A stretch of 64,000 nt of DNA from Octopus vulgaris (GCA_951406725.2 OX597830.1:27714001-27778000), one strand, 5' to 3'; positions 13,709 to 27,480 are shown, numbered from the stretch's first letter. The notes: generated from the sequence alone by a model not told the origin. Numbers and translations: made by a program.

Positions 13709-13751
13709 ATTCTTGCGTAATTTAGGCGACAGTTTATTCACCGCATACTGT
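13709..13751. mobile_element. Orphan Tc1/mariner-like terminal inverted repeat remnant
   Basis: 43 bp identical to 54864-54906; reverse complement begins (A)CAGTATGCGGTGAATAAA, as in Tc1-type TIRs. Confidence 0.5.
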
Positions 13752-13945
13752 GTGTGTATATATATATATATATATAAATTAGAAAAAATCACCTTTTATC
13801 AACTCAATAATGAAAAGTTAAATTATATAATTAAATAATGAAAAATTAAATTATACCATTATATATATATATTATATTTTTGTGAAATTCGATTTAGTAT
13901 TTCTAAATTGAATTTTTCCCTGTAAGTTTGGAATAATATTCCCTC

Positions 13946-13996
<51 letters not shown>

Positions 13997-14581
13997 ATAC
14001 ATATATACATATTTACCTATATATATATATACATACACAAACGTATGTATTTTTATTCATATTCATATATTTATACATATACTCTCACATACCTGTAAAC
14101 TACCCTGCAGCAAAAATGTTAGTGCTTATAAACATTCCGCATCTCTAATCTTCTCTCTCGGGTTTCAAATCGGAGTCAATATACACTGTTAGCTGTTTAA
14201 TAGCATCAACGTCAATGTCAGTTACAGATGTACGAAAGTTAGTAGCATAGTGATAAATGAGATTCAACATCAAATTCAGGTAACTAAATATGACTGCAGG
14301 ACGACATTTATTTGAAAACAGCTTAAGCCACTCTTTCATCTATGAACAGTATCAATTATCCCACGCAAGAAGCGTGAAGGAGAAAGACAAAAGAAAATAT
14401 CGATATCCAGAAGGTAGATTCAAAAGCGATTTCTTCAACCATAACCTCACTTTCTAGAAGCTTATCATATAGTTCATCGTATATTTCAATATTTCAAAAA
14501 TTTCTTCATTGATAAAAAATTTAATGATAGCCTCTTTAGAGAAAAAAAATCGGCACAGTAATGTAACATCAGTCAGCTTTA

Positions 14582-14623
<42 letters not shown>

Positions 14624-14769
14624 GCAAACACACACACATCTCTACATATATACATACATACATACATACATACATACATACATACATTCATATATATGTA
14701 TTTATGTATGCATATGTGTGTGTGTGACTTTCTGCTTGTCTATCTATCTATCTATCTATCTATCTATCA

Positions 14770-14853
<84 letters not shown>

Positions 14854-14894
14854 ATCTATCTATCTATCTATCTATCTCTGTAACCTACATAGTT

Positions 14895-15283
14895 GCAGGA
14901 GTGGGTGTGTGGTACGTAGCTTGCTTACCAACCTCATGGTTCCGGGTTCAGTCCCACTGCGTGGCACCTTGGGCAAGTGTCTTCTAGTATAACCACGGGC
15001 TGACCAAAGCCTTGTGAATGGATTTGGTAGACGCAAACTGAAAGACGACCGTCGTATATATGTATATATATGTGTGTGTATGTTTGTGTGTGCGTATGTG
15101 TGTGTGTTTGCTTTTGCCCCCCCCCCCCCCACATCGGTTTGCAATTGATGCTGGTGTTCAGCAAAAAAAGAGTCCGATCGAATAAATAATAGGCTTACAA
15201 AGAATAAGCCCTTGCTCGACTAAAGGTGGTACTCCAGCATGGTCGCAGTCTAGTGACTGAAACTAGTAAAAGTATAAAAGAGT
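14895..15283 (+). mobile_element. SINE family A
   Basis: Match to 2243-2671 with a small internal deletion. Confidence 0.88.
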
Positions 15284-15382
15284 TGTAGATATATGAATAT
15301 ATACTAAATTATGCATATGTGCATATATATATTTCTACATACATGCATACATATATATATAAATATATAAACATATATATAT

Positions 15383-15510
<128 letters not shown>

Positions 15511-15553
15511 TTTTTCATAACGGGGTATTTTTTCATAACGTTTTCAAATAGCC

Positions 15554-15616
15554 AGATAACCGAAGAGATGGTGTTGTGGATTTCCACTTCGGCATCTGAA
15601 ACTCAGAGTTTTATCT
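15554..15616 (+). ncRNA. Type I hammerhead-like motif, copy 1
   Basis: agataa-CCGAAGA-gatg...catc-t-GAAA-ctc(a)gag-TT-ttatct; predicted cleavage after 15610 (GUU). Confidence 0.6.
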
Positions 15617-15851
15617 TGACTACCGAGTAATGTAACATATTGTATAGATAAATTTCCTCTATTTACATAATATTGAGGTCTCTTTCTTTCTTTTGTTATC
15701 TTACCGTTTTATCAATAAATCACCTCCCGGACGACGTTATCCTCAACTAAGAGCTAATACGACCTTTTTGGGATTATCGCCTAACATCGGTTGAGGACTC
15801 TCACAAACAAAAGAATCTAGGGGTATTTTTTCATAACGTTTTCAAATAGCC

Positions 15852-15914
15852 AGATAACCGAAGAGATGGTGTTGTGGATTTCCACTTCGGCATCTGAAAC
15901 TCAGAGTTTTATCT
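15852..15914 (+). ncRNA. Type I hammerhead-like motif, copy 2
   Basis: Identical to 15554-15616; predicted cleavage after 15908. Confidence 0.6.
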
Positions 15915-16012
15915 TGACTACCGAGTAATGTAACATATTGTATAGATAAATTTCCTCTATTTACATAATATTGAGGTCTCTTTCTTTCTTTTGTTATCTT
16001 ACCGTTTTATCA

Positions 16013-16043
<31 letters not shown>

Positions 16044-16109
16044 GGTCCCGGGTTGATTCGGGGTTAACCACAGTAAGTAAGGTACTCAATACATAGCAGA
16101 GTAAAATTA

Positions 16110-16265
16110 ATTTATTATATAGAAGGAGCTTCTACAGGACTAGTACTGTTTCATTCAAGAGAAATCTTCAGGAAGCTATTTAACAAGCTTGTTAAATAGC
16201 TTCCTGAAGATTTCTCTTGAATGAAACAGTACTAGTCCTGTAGAAGCTCCTTCTATATAATAAAT
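16110..16265. repeat. Perfect 156-bp palindrome with HHR-like CTGAAGA...GAAA...GTC motif (inverted Penelope-like end)
   Basis: 78-bp arms, no spacer, centre aag|ctt at 16187/16188. Confidence 0.85.
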
Positions 16266-17030
16266 ATATATATATATATATATATACACCACACACACAT
16301 ATACACATATACGTGAAATGAAGCTTTGGAAAAGCAATTATTAGGAAATTTTACAGTATTTAAAACTGTAAAACCACGAGCTCGTCAGACAACTGGAATG
16401 GAATCACGTACCTGAAACTTATACAGATAGGCAGAGGCTTGGCTGTGTGAGTGCATTGGCGTGTCTGCGTATGTGTGTCTGTATGTGTGTGTCTCCATGT
16501 GTGTGTATGTATGTTATTGTGTGAGCATGTTCGAACGCAACACACAAGGATATCTCCTTAGTCGCTCTTTCTGTTGCCTCGTGATCGATTGGTTCACTCT
16601 AATTAGTGTTCCTCAGTAAAGATTATTCCGTGGTTTGAGCGAGACTAAAGCAGATTAATATGCTTTCTATTATTTTATGATTTTTTTTCTTTATTTCCTC
16701 GAGTTTCTTACGGCTATGCTGGTGCATTTCCTACGTGTATTCAGCCTGACAAACGTAACTCTGATACTTATTGTGCTGGCCGCTTTTCGCACAGACCGCC
16801 AAAAATACGGGAACGAAAGCAACGTGACGCTAATTTGTTCAGCAGACGTTAAAAAAGAGGAAAAAATGGAAACACTGTTACACATACACATTCCCACACT
16901 CACGTACACACATGCGTTCACGCACAAAAATGCATACTGCGCTTCCATAGGCACTCACCAGCAAGCATGTGGAAGGGAATGGAACTTCTTAACCGCATAA
17001 CTATACTATCACCTATATAGAGAAAATAAT

Positions 17031-17400
17031 CTTTTCTACTCTAGGCACAAGGCCCGAATATTTGGGGGAGGGACCATTCGATTAGATTAGACCCAGTGCG
17101 CAACTGGTACTTAAATTATCAACCCTGAAAGAAATGAAAGGCAAATTCGACCTCGGCGGTATTTGACCTCAGAATGTAACGGCATACGAAATACCTATTT
17201 CTTTACTACCCACAAGGGGCTAAACACAGAGGGGACAAACAAGGACAGACAAACGGATTAAGTCGATTATATCGATCCCAGTGCGTAACTGGTACTTATT
17301 TAATCGACCCGAAAGGATGAAAGGCAAAATCGACCACGGCGGAATTTGAACTCAAAACGTAGCGGCAGACGAAATACCGCTATGTATTTCGCTCGGCGTA
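17031..17400 (-). mobile_element. SINE family B, dimeric
   Basis: Two related units with B box (gagttcaaattcc on minus strand); matches 47332-47730. Confidence 0.85.
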
Positions 17401-17499
17401 TATACAGAAAATATTATTCGTGTCCATTTGTTTCTAAATATATTCGATATAGATGTAGATCATTAACAAGTTGAAAACAAGTGAAGTCATAATGTTAGT

Positions 17500-17700
17500 T
17501 TCAAGTTTTGGCCATTAAAGACCAATAAATTCAGGGGAGAGTGTAAGTAAATTACGTTGACCCTAGTGCGTATCTGGTACTTATTTCATCGACCCAGAAG
17601 GGATGAAAGGTAAAGTCGACCTCGGCGGAACATGAGGACGAACGAAATGCTGCTAAGCGTTTTTCCCGGTCCGCTAATGATTCTGCCTACCCGCCGCCTT
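17500..17700 (-). mobile_element. SINE family B monomer
   Basis: ctggtacttatttcatcgaccc...gatgaaaggtaaagtcgacctcggcggaa...gctaatgattctgcc. Confidence 0.75.
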
Positions 17701-18353
17701 AAGTGAAGTCGTAATATCACTAAGTGATGCTATGGTGGTGACCGAACTGTACAAAAGAAGTAAGGGAGACTGGTTAATAAAGAGAAGCGAATTCAATTGA
17801 AGAGGAAAAGAAATAAAGAAGCGTAATTCCATACAGAAAAATGAGAAAGACAAAAGAATTAAGAGGAAAAGTAAGAGGAGAGAATGACTGAGAAAAAATT
17901 GGAAATGTAAACGTGAAAATGGAAACACGAATAAAAACGAAAAGATAACCTTCACTAAGAAACATATACGAAGAAGTCAGTGATAAAGAGATGTTATAAA
18001 ACAAAGAATAAAAGTCGAACACACGAAGAAAAAAAATCTAATGCGGTCTAATGAAAAATAAAGAAGAAATATAAAAAAAAAATGGTAGAAATACTTTGCT
18101 TCTGTTTTTTGACTGACAGGAGAAGTGAGGAAAACAAAAATGAAGAGCAGATAAGGGGAATAACTCTTACATACCGTTAAAATTGATTTCAATAAGTTAT
18201 TTTCTACAATGCTGCCACACAGAGAATAGAATGAAATCCTCCTTTCTTCGGAAGTAGTGCAAGTTAGAATCAGCATCAGCAGGGTAGGTACGAATGTGTA
18301 TATGTGTGTGTGTGTGTGTGTGTATGTGCGTATACATACATACATACATACAT

Positions 18354-18425
<72 letters not shown>

Positions 18426-18577
18426 GTATGTCTATATGTATATGAGTATGTATGCAGATATGTATATAAGTACGCATACATGGATATCTGCACGTATGAA
18501 TACATATATCGGTGTGTGTATTAAATATTTTCTCTCTATATGTTAAATATTTTAGACTATACACAAAAAACATATGC

Positions 18578-18738
<161 letters not shown>

Positions 18739-18744
18739 CAGCTT

Positions 18745-19004
18745 AGAGAAGAAGAAGAAACGAAACGAAACCAAACGAATCGAATCGAATCGACGCGAAG
18801 GGTCATACAATAGTGCAATAAATAAAATATATGCATACATACAAACATATATGTACGTACCTACATCTACATGTATATATACATGCATATATAAATATAT
18901 ATACGTGTGTACAGGACACCACAAATAGACGTAGAACTCAACGAGAAACTAAAACGTAAAAGCAGCATTGAACGGACCATTCCTTTAACAACGAAAAAAC
19001 AGAA
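18745..19004 (-). mobile_element. Dispersed repeat family P fragment (probably Penelope-like; orientation inferred)
   Basis: Homologous to 52123-53181 and, inverted, to 38392-38620. Confidence 0.7.
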
Positions 19005-19036
19005 TATATATATACACATATATATATAAAATAAAA

Positions 19037-19352
19037 AAGAGTTAAAAAACTAAGAAGGCTTGTTTTATAAGTTAAAGAATATATTTAAGTCGTTAGTTAG
19101 AAAAATGTTACAAAATTTTGTGTACAGTAACATAGCTTTTGGAGAAATAACCGGTTTCGTGTATACTTTTCAAATTTCTCAAATTTCTTTACCTACATGA
19201 GAAATGAAAAATTTGAAAAGTATACACGAAACCGGTTATTTCTCCAAGAACTATGTTACTATACACAACATTTTATAATATCTTTCTAACATAACGACTT
19301 AAATATATTCTTTAACCTTATAAAACAAGCCTTCTGTAGTGTTTTCACTCTT
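19037..19352. repeat. Imperfect ~316-bp inverted repeat (fold-back)
   Basis: ~145-bp arms, e.g. ggagaaataaccggtttcgtgtatacttttcaaattt / aaatttgaaaagtatacacgaaaccggttatttctcc. Confidence 0.85.
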
Positions 19353-19421
19353 ATCTGTTTTTTATACATCTAACCACGTGCTTTCACACACCAACTTTCT
19401 CACCTATATATATATATATAT

Positions 19422-19472
<51 letters not shown>

Positions 19473-19504
19473 CATACATACATACATACATACATAGATA
19501 GATA

Positions 19505-20727
19505 AAGGGAGCATAAGGTATTTCAGGACATACCTTATTTTACTGACTTTTTATAATCGTTGTTTCAGAAAATAATAATGACAGACCCTCAGCTTTCTCA
19601 TGAAATGAAGAGGCATGCTGTTATTGTGGTTATAAATGCTGAACATAGCGAGTTATAAATATCTCGATTTTTAAAAGTTACCACATTTTTCGTCTACAAA
19701 GTTTGCAAGGAACTAGAGACTAAAGATGGAAACGTATCAACAATATCAAAGCATAAAAGCATTCTAAAGCTTTGAAATCATCAGGACATCTGACTTTATC
19801 CAGCAAGTTCAACAGACTATTGATTGCAATCCCAGAAAGTCCATGAGGTCAATTGCAAAAGATCTCCATGTGTTAGGAGGAACAATCGGAAATGTTGTTC
19901 ACGAAGACATCGGAAATAAGTCTTATTCTCTTTACTCTTTTACTCTTTTATTTGTTTCAGTCATTTGACTGTGGCCATGCCGAAGCACCGCCTTTAGTCG
20001 AGCAAATCGACCCAAGGACTTATTCTTTGTAAGCCTAATATTTATTCTATCGGTCTCTTTTTCGGGGACGTAAACACACCAGTATCTTATATGATGAGGA
20101 AAGGTCAGAAATTTGTCAGAAAAAGCTAAAGAAAATCCCTACATCAGATCTAAAAGGCTCTAAATCATAAAATTTGATTTGGTTATTCTCAAACGTGAGA
20201 AACCTCGAGCAAAATCAAAAAGTTAATTCTGGTGCCTACAATGAGGTCCTAGAAGTAATTGTTAAGCCTTGGATAGACAGTGTATGCAATAGAAGGCCAT
20301 AGGTGTTTCAGTAAGACTCTGTACTATCACACATGGCTCTAGTAACACAGGAATGGATGGCTGAAAAGTTTCATGATCACATAACTCCTAACATTTGGCC
20401 TCCTTATTCCCCAGATCTCAATCCATTGGTCTATTACAAGTTGATCGTTATTGAGAGAGAGGCCAATTAACACACACATAACACGAAAGATTCTTTGAAA
20501 GCTGCCATATTCAGAGTAACGTCCAAAATGAAGCACGACCACTTGATTCGCGCATGTAGATGATTTAGATATCATATAGAAGCAGTTATTGAAGCTAAAG
20601 GTGGCTTTATTGAATAACATTATAGAAAAGATAAAATTTTATTCAGATAGCATTTTTTTATAAAGTTATTATCTGCTATTGTATACCTGTTTTCATAAAT
20701 CTGTTCTCAAATATCTTACGCACCCTG
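19505..20727 (+). mobile_element. Decayed Tc1/mariner-superfamily DD37D (maT-type) transposon
   Basis: TA-flanked imperfect TIRs (aagggagcataaggtatttcaggaca / tgttctcaaatatcttacgcaccctg); transposase remnants NPRKSMRSIAKDLHV, FQ*DSVLSH, WPPYSPDLNPL(D>V)YY, EAVIEAKGGFIE*; 37 residues between the second and third catalytic positions. Confidence 0.9.
19927..20084 (-). mobile_element. 5'-truncated SINE family A inserted in the maT transposase
   Basis: 3' 160 bp of family A with tail; flanked by tcttat at 19921-19926 and 20085-20090. Confidence 0.9.
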
Positions 20728-20728
20728 T

Positions 20729-20773
<45 letters not shown>

Positions 20774-21397
20774 ATATTCTGTGTGTATGTGTTTGTGTGT
20801 GTAGGTTTACTTCAATTCTTTTTGTTCTTTATTATTTTCAGCCATCGAATTGCAGCTATGCTGGGGCACCGATTTCAGGAGTTTTGTTAATTATTTCATC
20901 CTTAGTGTTCATTTATTTATGGAAATGCAATAGAAATGGCGATGAGAAAACTGTAAATGTAATGAAATGGTAAAAATATATTCCTTGAATTTCCCATTAG
21001 GTACATCGCGGAGCCGTATAATTCTACGTTTGAAAAAGTGTATGTAAATTAATATGTGTTTGAGTTTCAAGAGAATATAAACAAGAGAATGAAATTGATT
21101 AGTTTGTGAAAGGAAGGTAATTAATACTTGCTATTTCAGGAAAAACGACCATTTTATCGCTTTAGTTTGATATATAGGATTAATTTTAAAAGCCTAGAGT
21201 TAAATTAATGTAAGCAATTGATTTTTATGTGCGTAACATTAATAAAGTTTTAAAGATAGAAAGTAAACACTTTGCATAGTAATTAATGTAATTAAAGGGG
21301 GATTTTTTCAAAATAAATAAAATCTTACGAAATGAGGGATATTTCAATCACAGGAAAAGTTGTTTATATCTCAGATGAGTGTACACTATATGGGTCG

Positions 21398-21484
<87 letters not shown>

Positions 21485-21556
21485 CATGTATATATATATG
21501 TATATAATGTATGTACATATATATATATGTATATATATATGCAGATATGTATGTAA

Positions 21557-21697
<141 letters not shown>

Positions 21698-21926
21698 GTG
21701 GCGAGCTGACAGAATCGTTAGCACGTCAGGCAAAATGCTTAGCGGTATTTCGTCTGCCGCTACGTTCTGAGTTCAAATTCCACCGAGGTCGACTTAGCCT
21801 TTTATCCTTTCGGGGTCCGTTAAAGAAGTACCAGGTACGCACTGGAGTCGATGTGATCGACATAATCCCTTATTCTGTCCTCGTTTGTTCCCTCTATGTT
21901 TAGCCCCCTGTGGGCAATAAAGAAAT
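21698..21926 (+). mobile_element. SINE family B monomer ending in LINE-like tail
   Basis: A box ggcgagctgacagaatcg, B box gagttcaaattcc; ends tagccccctgtgggcaataaagaaat. Confidence 0.85.
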
Positions 21927-21941
21927 ATATATATGTATATA

Positions 21942-21991
<50 letters not shown>

Positions 21992-22726
21992 ATGTATGTA
22001 TGTATGTATACTATTTGAATTATCGAGAGGATATATGATGAAAATTGTGAAGGATTAAAGTGTAACAGTCTAGAGATTTAGACTTGTGTTTAGGGAAATA
22101 TAGTTAATTACCATGATTTGAAAAAGCATTTTATGTAGACAGTGTATATGTATGAACTATTTGGAAGTAATTGACAAATAATTGGTTAATTAAAAATGTA
22201 AATATATATTGATTACACAGTTAAAAATGTAAATGTTGACATATGTACACAAATAAATACGTATTCTTACTTCTCTATATCTTCACATAAAATGATATAT
22301 AGAGAGAGTTCAGGACGGGAACGAAGCGCAAGTAGGAGATATATGACAGGAAAATAAATACCAAAATGAAGACAGATAGACTGTAACTCTAACACACGCG
22401 CACACACACACGCCAACGCTCACACTCGGACACACACCCACACACATACATACCCACACAGAGACACATTCACACAGACACATATACAAGTACGTATGTG
22501 TAAGACAAAACTAGAAACGAATACTTAAGCATCATCTAGTCTACATAAGATTATCGATGACGAAAAACGTCCAATATCAATGTAAATATTTCCTCAAACT
22601 AAAAATCCAGAACATATTCCATTTTACTAGAAGAATGGACAAGTCAGAGTAAAGAGACTATATAAAACTCCTCAAACATGTACACACACACGCACACGCG
22701 CGCATATATATATTTATGTATGTATA

Positions 22727-23079
22727 GTTCAGTCCCACTGCGTGGCAGCTTGGGCAAGTGTCTTCTACTATAGCCTCGGGCCGACCAAAGCCTTGTTAGT
22801 GGATTTGGTAGACGGAAACTGAAAGAAGCCTGTCGTATATATGTATATATATATATGCGTGTGTGTGTTTGTGTGTCTGTGTTTGTCCCCCTAGCATTGC
22901 TTGACAACCGATGCTGGTGTGTGTATGTCCCCGTTACTTAGCGGTTCAGCAAAAGAGACCGATAGAATAAGTACTTGGCTTACAAAAGAATAAGTCCCGG
23001 GGTCGAGTTGCTCGATTAAAGGCGGTGCTCCAGCATGGCCGCAGTCAAATGACTGAAACAAGTAAAAGAGTAAAAGAGT
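22727..23079 (+). mobile_element. 5'-truncated SINE family A
   Basis: Starts inside B box; flanking duplication gtatagtt at 22722-22729 and 23078-23085. Confidence 0.9.
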
Positions 23080-23154
23080 ATAGTTTAGGACAATCATAAT
23101 AGGACTCAGAGTTTCAAATGCCGGAAGCTAAGAGCTACGATGCATTCTCATCGG

Positions 23155-23198
<44 letters not shown>

Positions 23199-23199
23199 G

Positions 23200-23268
23200 A
23201 GTTAGAGAGCAGTGCATGCCATCAAAGTGACACTGGGGTAAAATATACGAAGCCCATTATACCCATCA
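23200..23268 (-). mobile_element. Repeat family E 3' stub (retroelement end with (AAT)n tail; orientation inferred)
   Basis: gagagcagtgcatgccatcaaagtgacactgg...atacccatcat shared with 48247-48700; both follow an (ATT)n/(ATC)n run. Confidence 0.55.
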
Positions 23269-23663
23269 TTGTTAAATCCGCAGGCCTGACAACACAAATA
23301 TCCTAATTTCATAGGTTGTATATTTAAGAAAGTTTTTGTTATTGCTGTCGTTGTTCTTGTTCATGCTGATTCTGATGATGGTGATTAAAAGCGACCGACA
23401 TTGTCCATATTAATGGTGAAAGTACAAATAGTGACCCTACTGCTGATGGTGATGTTGCTGATGTTGATGATGATTACGATAATCTGATGACAATGCCAAG
23501 GATTATGACGATGCTCATCATGATGATGGTGACGGTAGCCTCAGTGCTGTCGGTGGTGATGATGATAATGATGATGATCACGACGACGCGGCGGTGTTGT
23601 TGAAGATGATAATGATAATGATGGAGATGAAATTGATGATGACAAAGTCGACGATGATAATGA

Positions 23664-23872
23664 TAATCTTTTCTATTAAAGGCACAAAGCTTGAAATGTT
23701 GGGGCAAGGGAATAGTCGATTACATCGACCTCATTATGTGACTGGTACTTATTTTATCGACCCCGAAACGATGAAAGGCAAAGTCGACCTCGATAGAATA
23801 TGAATTCAGAACGTAATGACTCACCAAATACCTCTAAGTATTTTGTCCGGTTTACTAACGATTCTGTCAGCT
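23664..23872 (-). mobile_element. SINE family B monomer
   Basis: Match to 17500-17700 and 48712-48920. Confidence 0.75.
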
Positions 23873-23874
23873 TG

Positions 23875-25280
<1,406 letters not shown>

Positions 25281-25872
25281 TATGGCCATATGTCTTGTAT
25301 CATGTTATCGAATAAATCTGCGACACTAATGATTTGATTGCTCTCGTCTGAATATGCATTATCCCCTCTATGAAATATTTCTAACCAACATTATATATGA
25401 CTGTAATAATACCACTAATGCTATGCCATAGTAATTATACGACTATATCACGTGGAGTTTCATATATAATGACATCGACTGGTAAGCGTATGACAGTAAT
25501 AAGTATATCACAATAGACTGATTAAGATTTAGTTTTAATCTTTATTAAGGACGTCTTGTTGTCTATGACCGTATAATGACGGTTGTGCTTAAATTGGTGC
25601 AATGCAGATTTCCCTTCGTTAAGATTAATTTGTTGGCATCGTTAAAGGTGAAACGGAGCGCTGGTGTAGACGGGATGTTAGAGAGTAGCATCGAACTAAT
25701 TGCATTATGTTGTTTCTTCTTTCTGTAATTTCTCGGTTCAAATCTTGCAATGTTTTAGCCAGTTCTTTGAAAAAAATATAGTCGTATTCATTCCGTCGTT
25801 TCATTGTTGTATTTTGTAGAATGAGGAATAGCATTATCCAATGTGTTCTTTCTTTTGTATGCCCATGTAGAT

Positions 25873-26015
25873 GCAGGTATGGTTTTCTTCGCAGCCGTGT
25901 TGTCTTTGGTTCCCTCTGCGAAGAAACTTGGGCAAGTGTCTTCTACTATAGCCCTGGGCCGACCAATGGTTTATGAATGCATTTGGTTTATGGAAACTTA
26001 AACAAACACATCATG
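25873..26015 (+). mobile_element. SINE family A 5' fragment, diverged
   Basis: cttgggcaagtgtcttctactatagccctgggccgaccaa. Confidence 0.6.
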
Positions 26016-26116
26016 TACATACATACAAACATAACATATACATACATAATACATGCATAAACAAATATATATACACACATACATATATACACACATACAC
26101 ACATATACATACATCG

Positions 26117-26390
26117 TGACACTGTCGGTTACGACGACGAGGGTTCCAGTCGATCCGATCAACGGAACAGCCTGCTCGTGAAATTAACGTGCAAGTGGCT
26201 GAGCACTCTACAGACGCGTGTACCCTTAACGTAGTTCTCGGGGAGATTCAGCATGACACAGAGTATGACAAGACTCGCCCTTTCAAGTACAGCTACAACA
26301 GAAACAGGAAGAAAGAGTGAAAGGAGAAAGTTGTGGGGAAAGAGGTCAGCACGGTTAACCACCTCCCGTTGCCGGAGCGCCTGCCGTTCT
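26117..26390 (-). mobile_element. Mosaic SINE: family C 3' half plus family D central domain
   Basis: 26117-26296 matches 33180-33365; 26300-26390 matches 60595-60665. Confidence 0.7.
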
Positions 26391-27248
26391 TAGAATTTTG
26401 TTTCATTGTTTCAAGGGTCTGAATCGGAAATGCGGTTTGCCATTGATTTTCTGAATGTTAAATTTTTATTTTGAAATTCAGTTTTCAGTTTTAGTGGTTT
26501 GTGTTTTATATTATACAAATATATCTGAAACGTCAGAAGTGACAATTTTACTAACATTCCTCAAGTAACAAATATGATAGTTATTCAATTTGGGTTTGTA
26601 TTTTATTTATTTATTTGTTTATTTATTTATTGGTCATATAAGACGTAACATATAAGCTGTTACGAATTTTTGAATTTTTCTGAATTCTTTTAAAGATTTC
26701 GTATCAAGGTTTGTTTGGTAAAAAATGTCAAAATTCCAAGAAAATTGACGAAGCGTATTAATTTTCTGTCCTTGTTTTCAAGAATAACATGACTGAAGTT
26801 AAATGAAAAACTCATTAATTTTGATATTATTCAGATATAAAAAGTAAAAAAATAAGGACAAATGCTCAAATAGCTACGTATACTGGAATAAAAAGATGCG
26901 ATGGTCCCAGCTTGAACGTTTTTCATCATGGAGATTAATGAGGATTAAACAGTATTCCCATCTTCAGAATTCTTCAATTACTTCTCTTATATGTAGAAAT
27001 CTGTTGATTTCTAATGCAATTTCGCTGGTCTTTGAAATTTATTTTCGGTTCGAGTCTTTTGAAATTTTGATTTGAAGTATTTATTTATTTATTTACTTTT
27101 CATTTGATATGTCCCTTCATTGGAAAATAAGGCTTTTTGCAATTTAACGTCGGTCGGTGGCGATTTAGTAGTGTCGTTAACGCATCGGACAGGATGCTTC
27201 CGCCAGTTGCCACTATCCCTGGTTTCATGAAGCTAAAAATCTCTTGAT

Positions 27249-27413
27249 GTAGCTGCGTGGTAAGTAGCTTGCTTACCAACCACATGGTTTCGGGTTCAGT
27301 CCCACTGCGTGGGAACTTGGGCAAGTGTCTTCTACTATAGCCTCGTGCCGACCAAAGCCTTGTGAGTGGATTTAGTAGACGGAAACTGAAAAAAGCCCGT
27401 CGTATATATATGT

Positions 27414-27480
<67 letters not shown>

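Larger units (their letters stand above)
15522..16015 (+). mobile_element. Non-coding direct-repeat element with paired hammerheads (298-nt unit; retrozyme/Penelope pLTR-like)
   Basis: 196-bp repeats 15522-15717 and 15820-16015, identical by eye, 102-bp spacer, flanked by (TA)n; each repeat holds an HHR motif. Confidence 0.75.

Noticed and set aside
25625-25834. ORF FFKELAKTLQDLNREITERR, faintly like the C-terminus of a restriction-like-endonuclease LINE
   Set aside because: Similarity too weak to call without an HMM search
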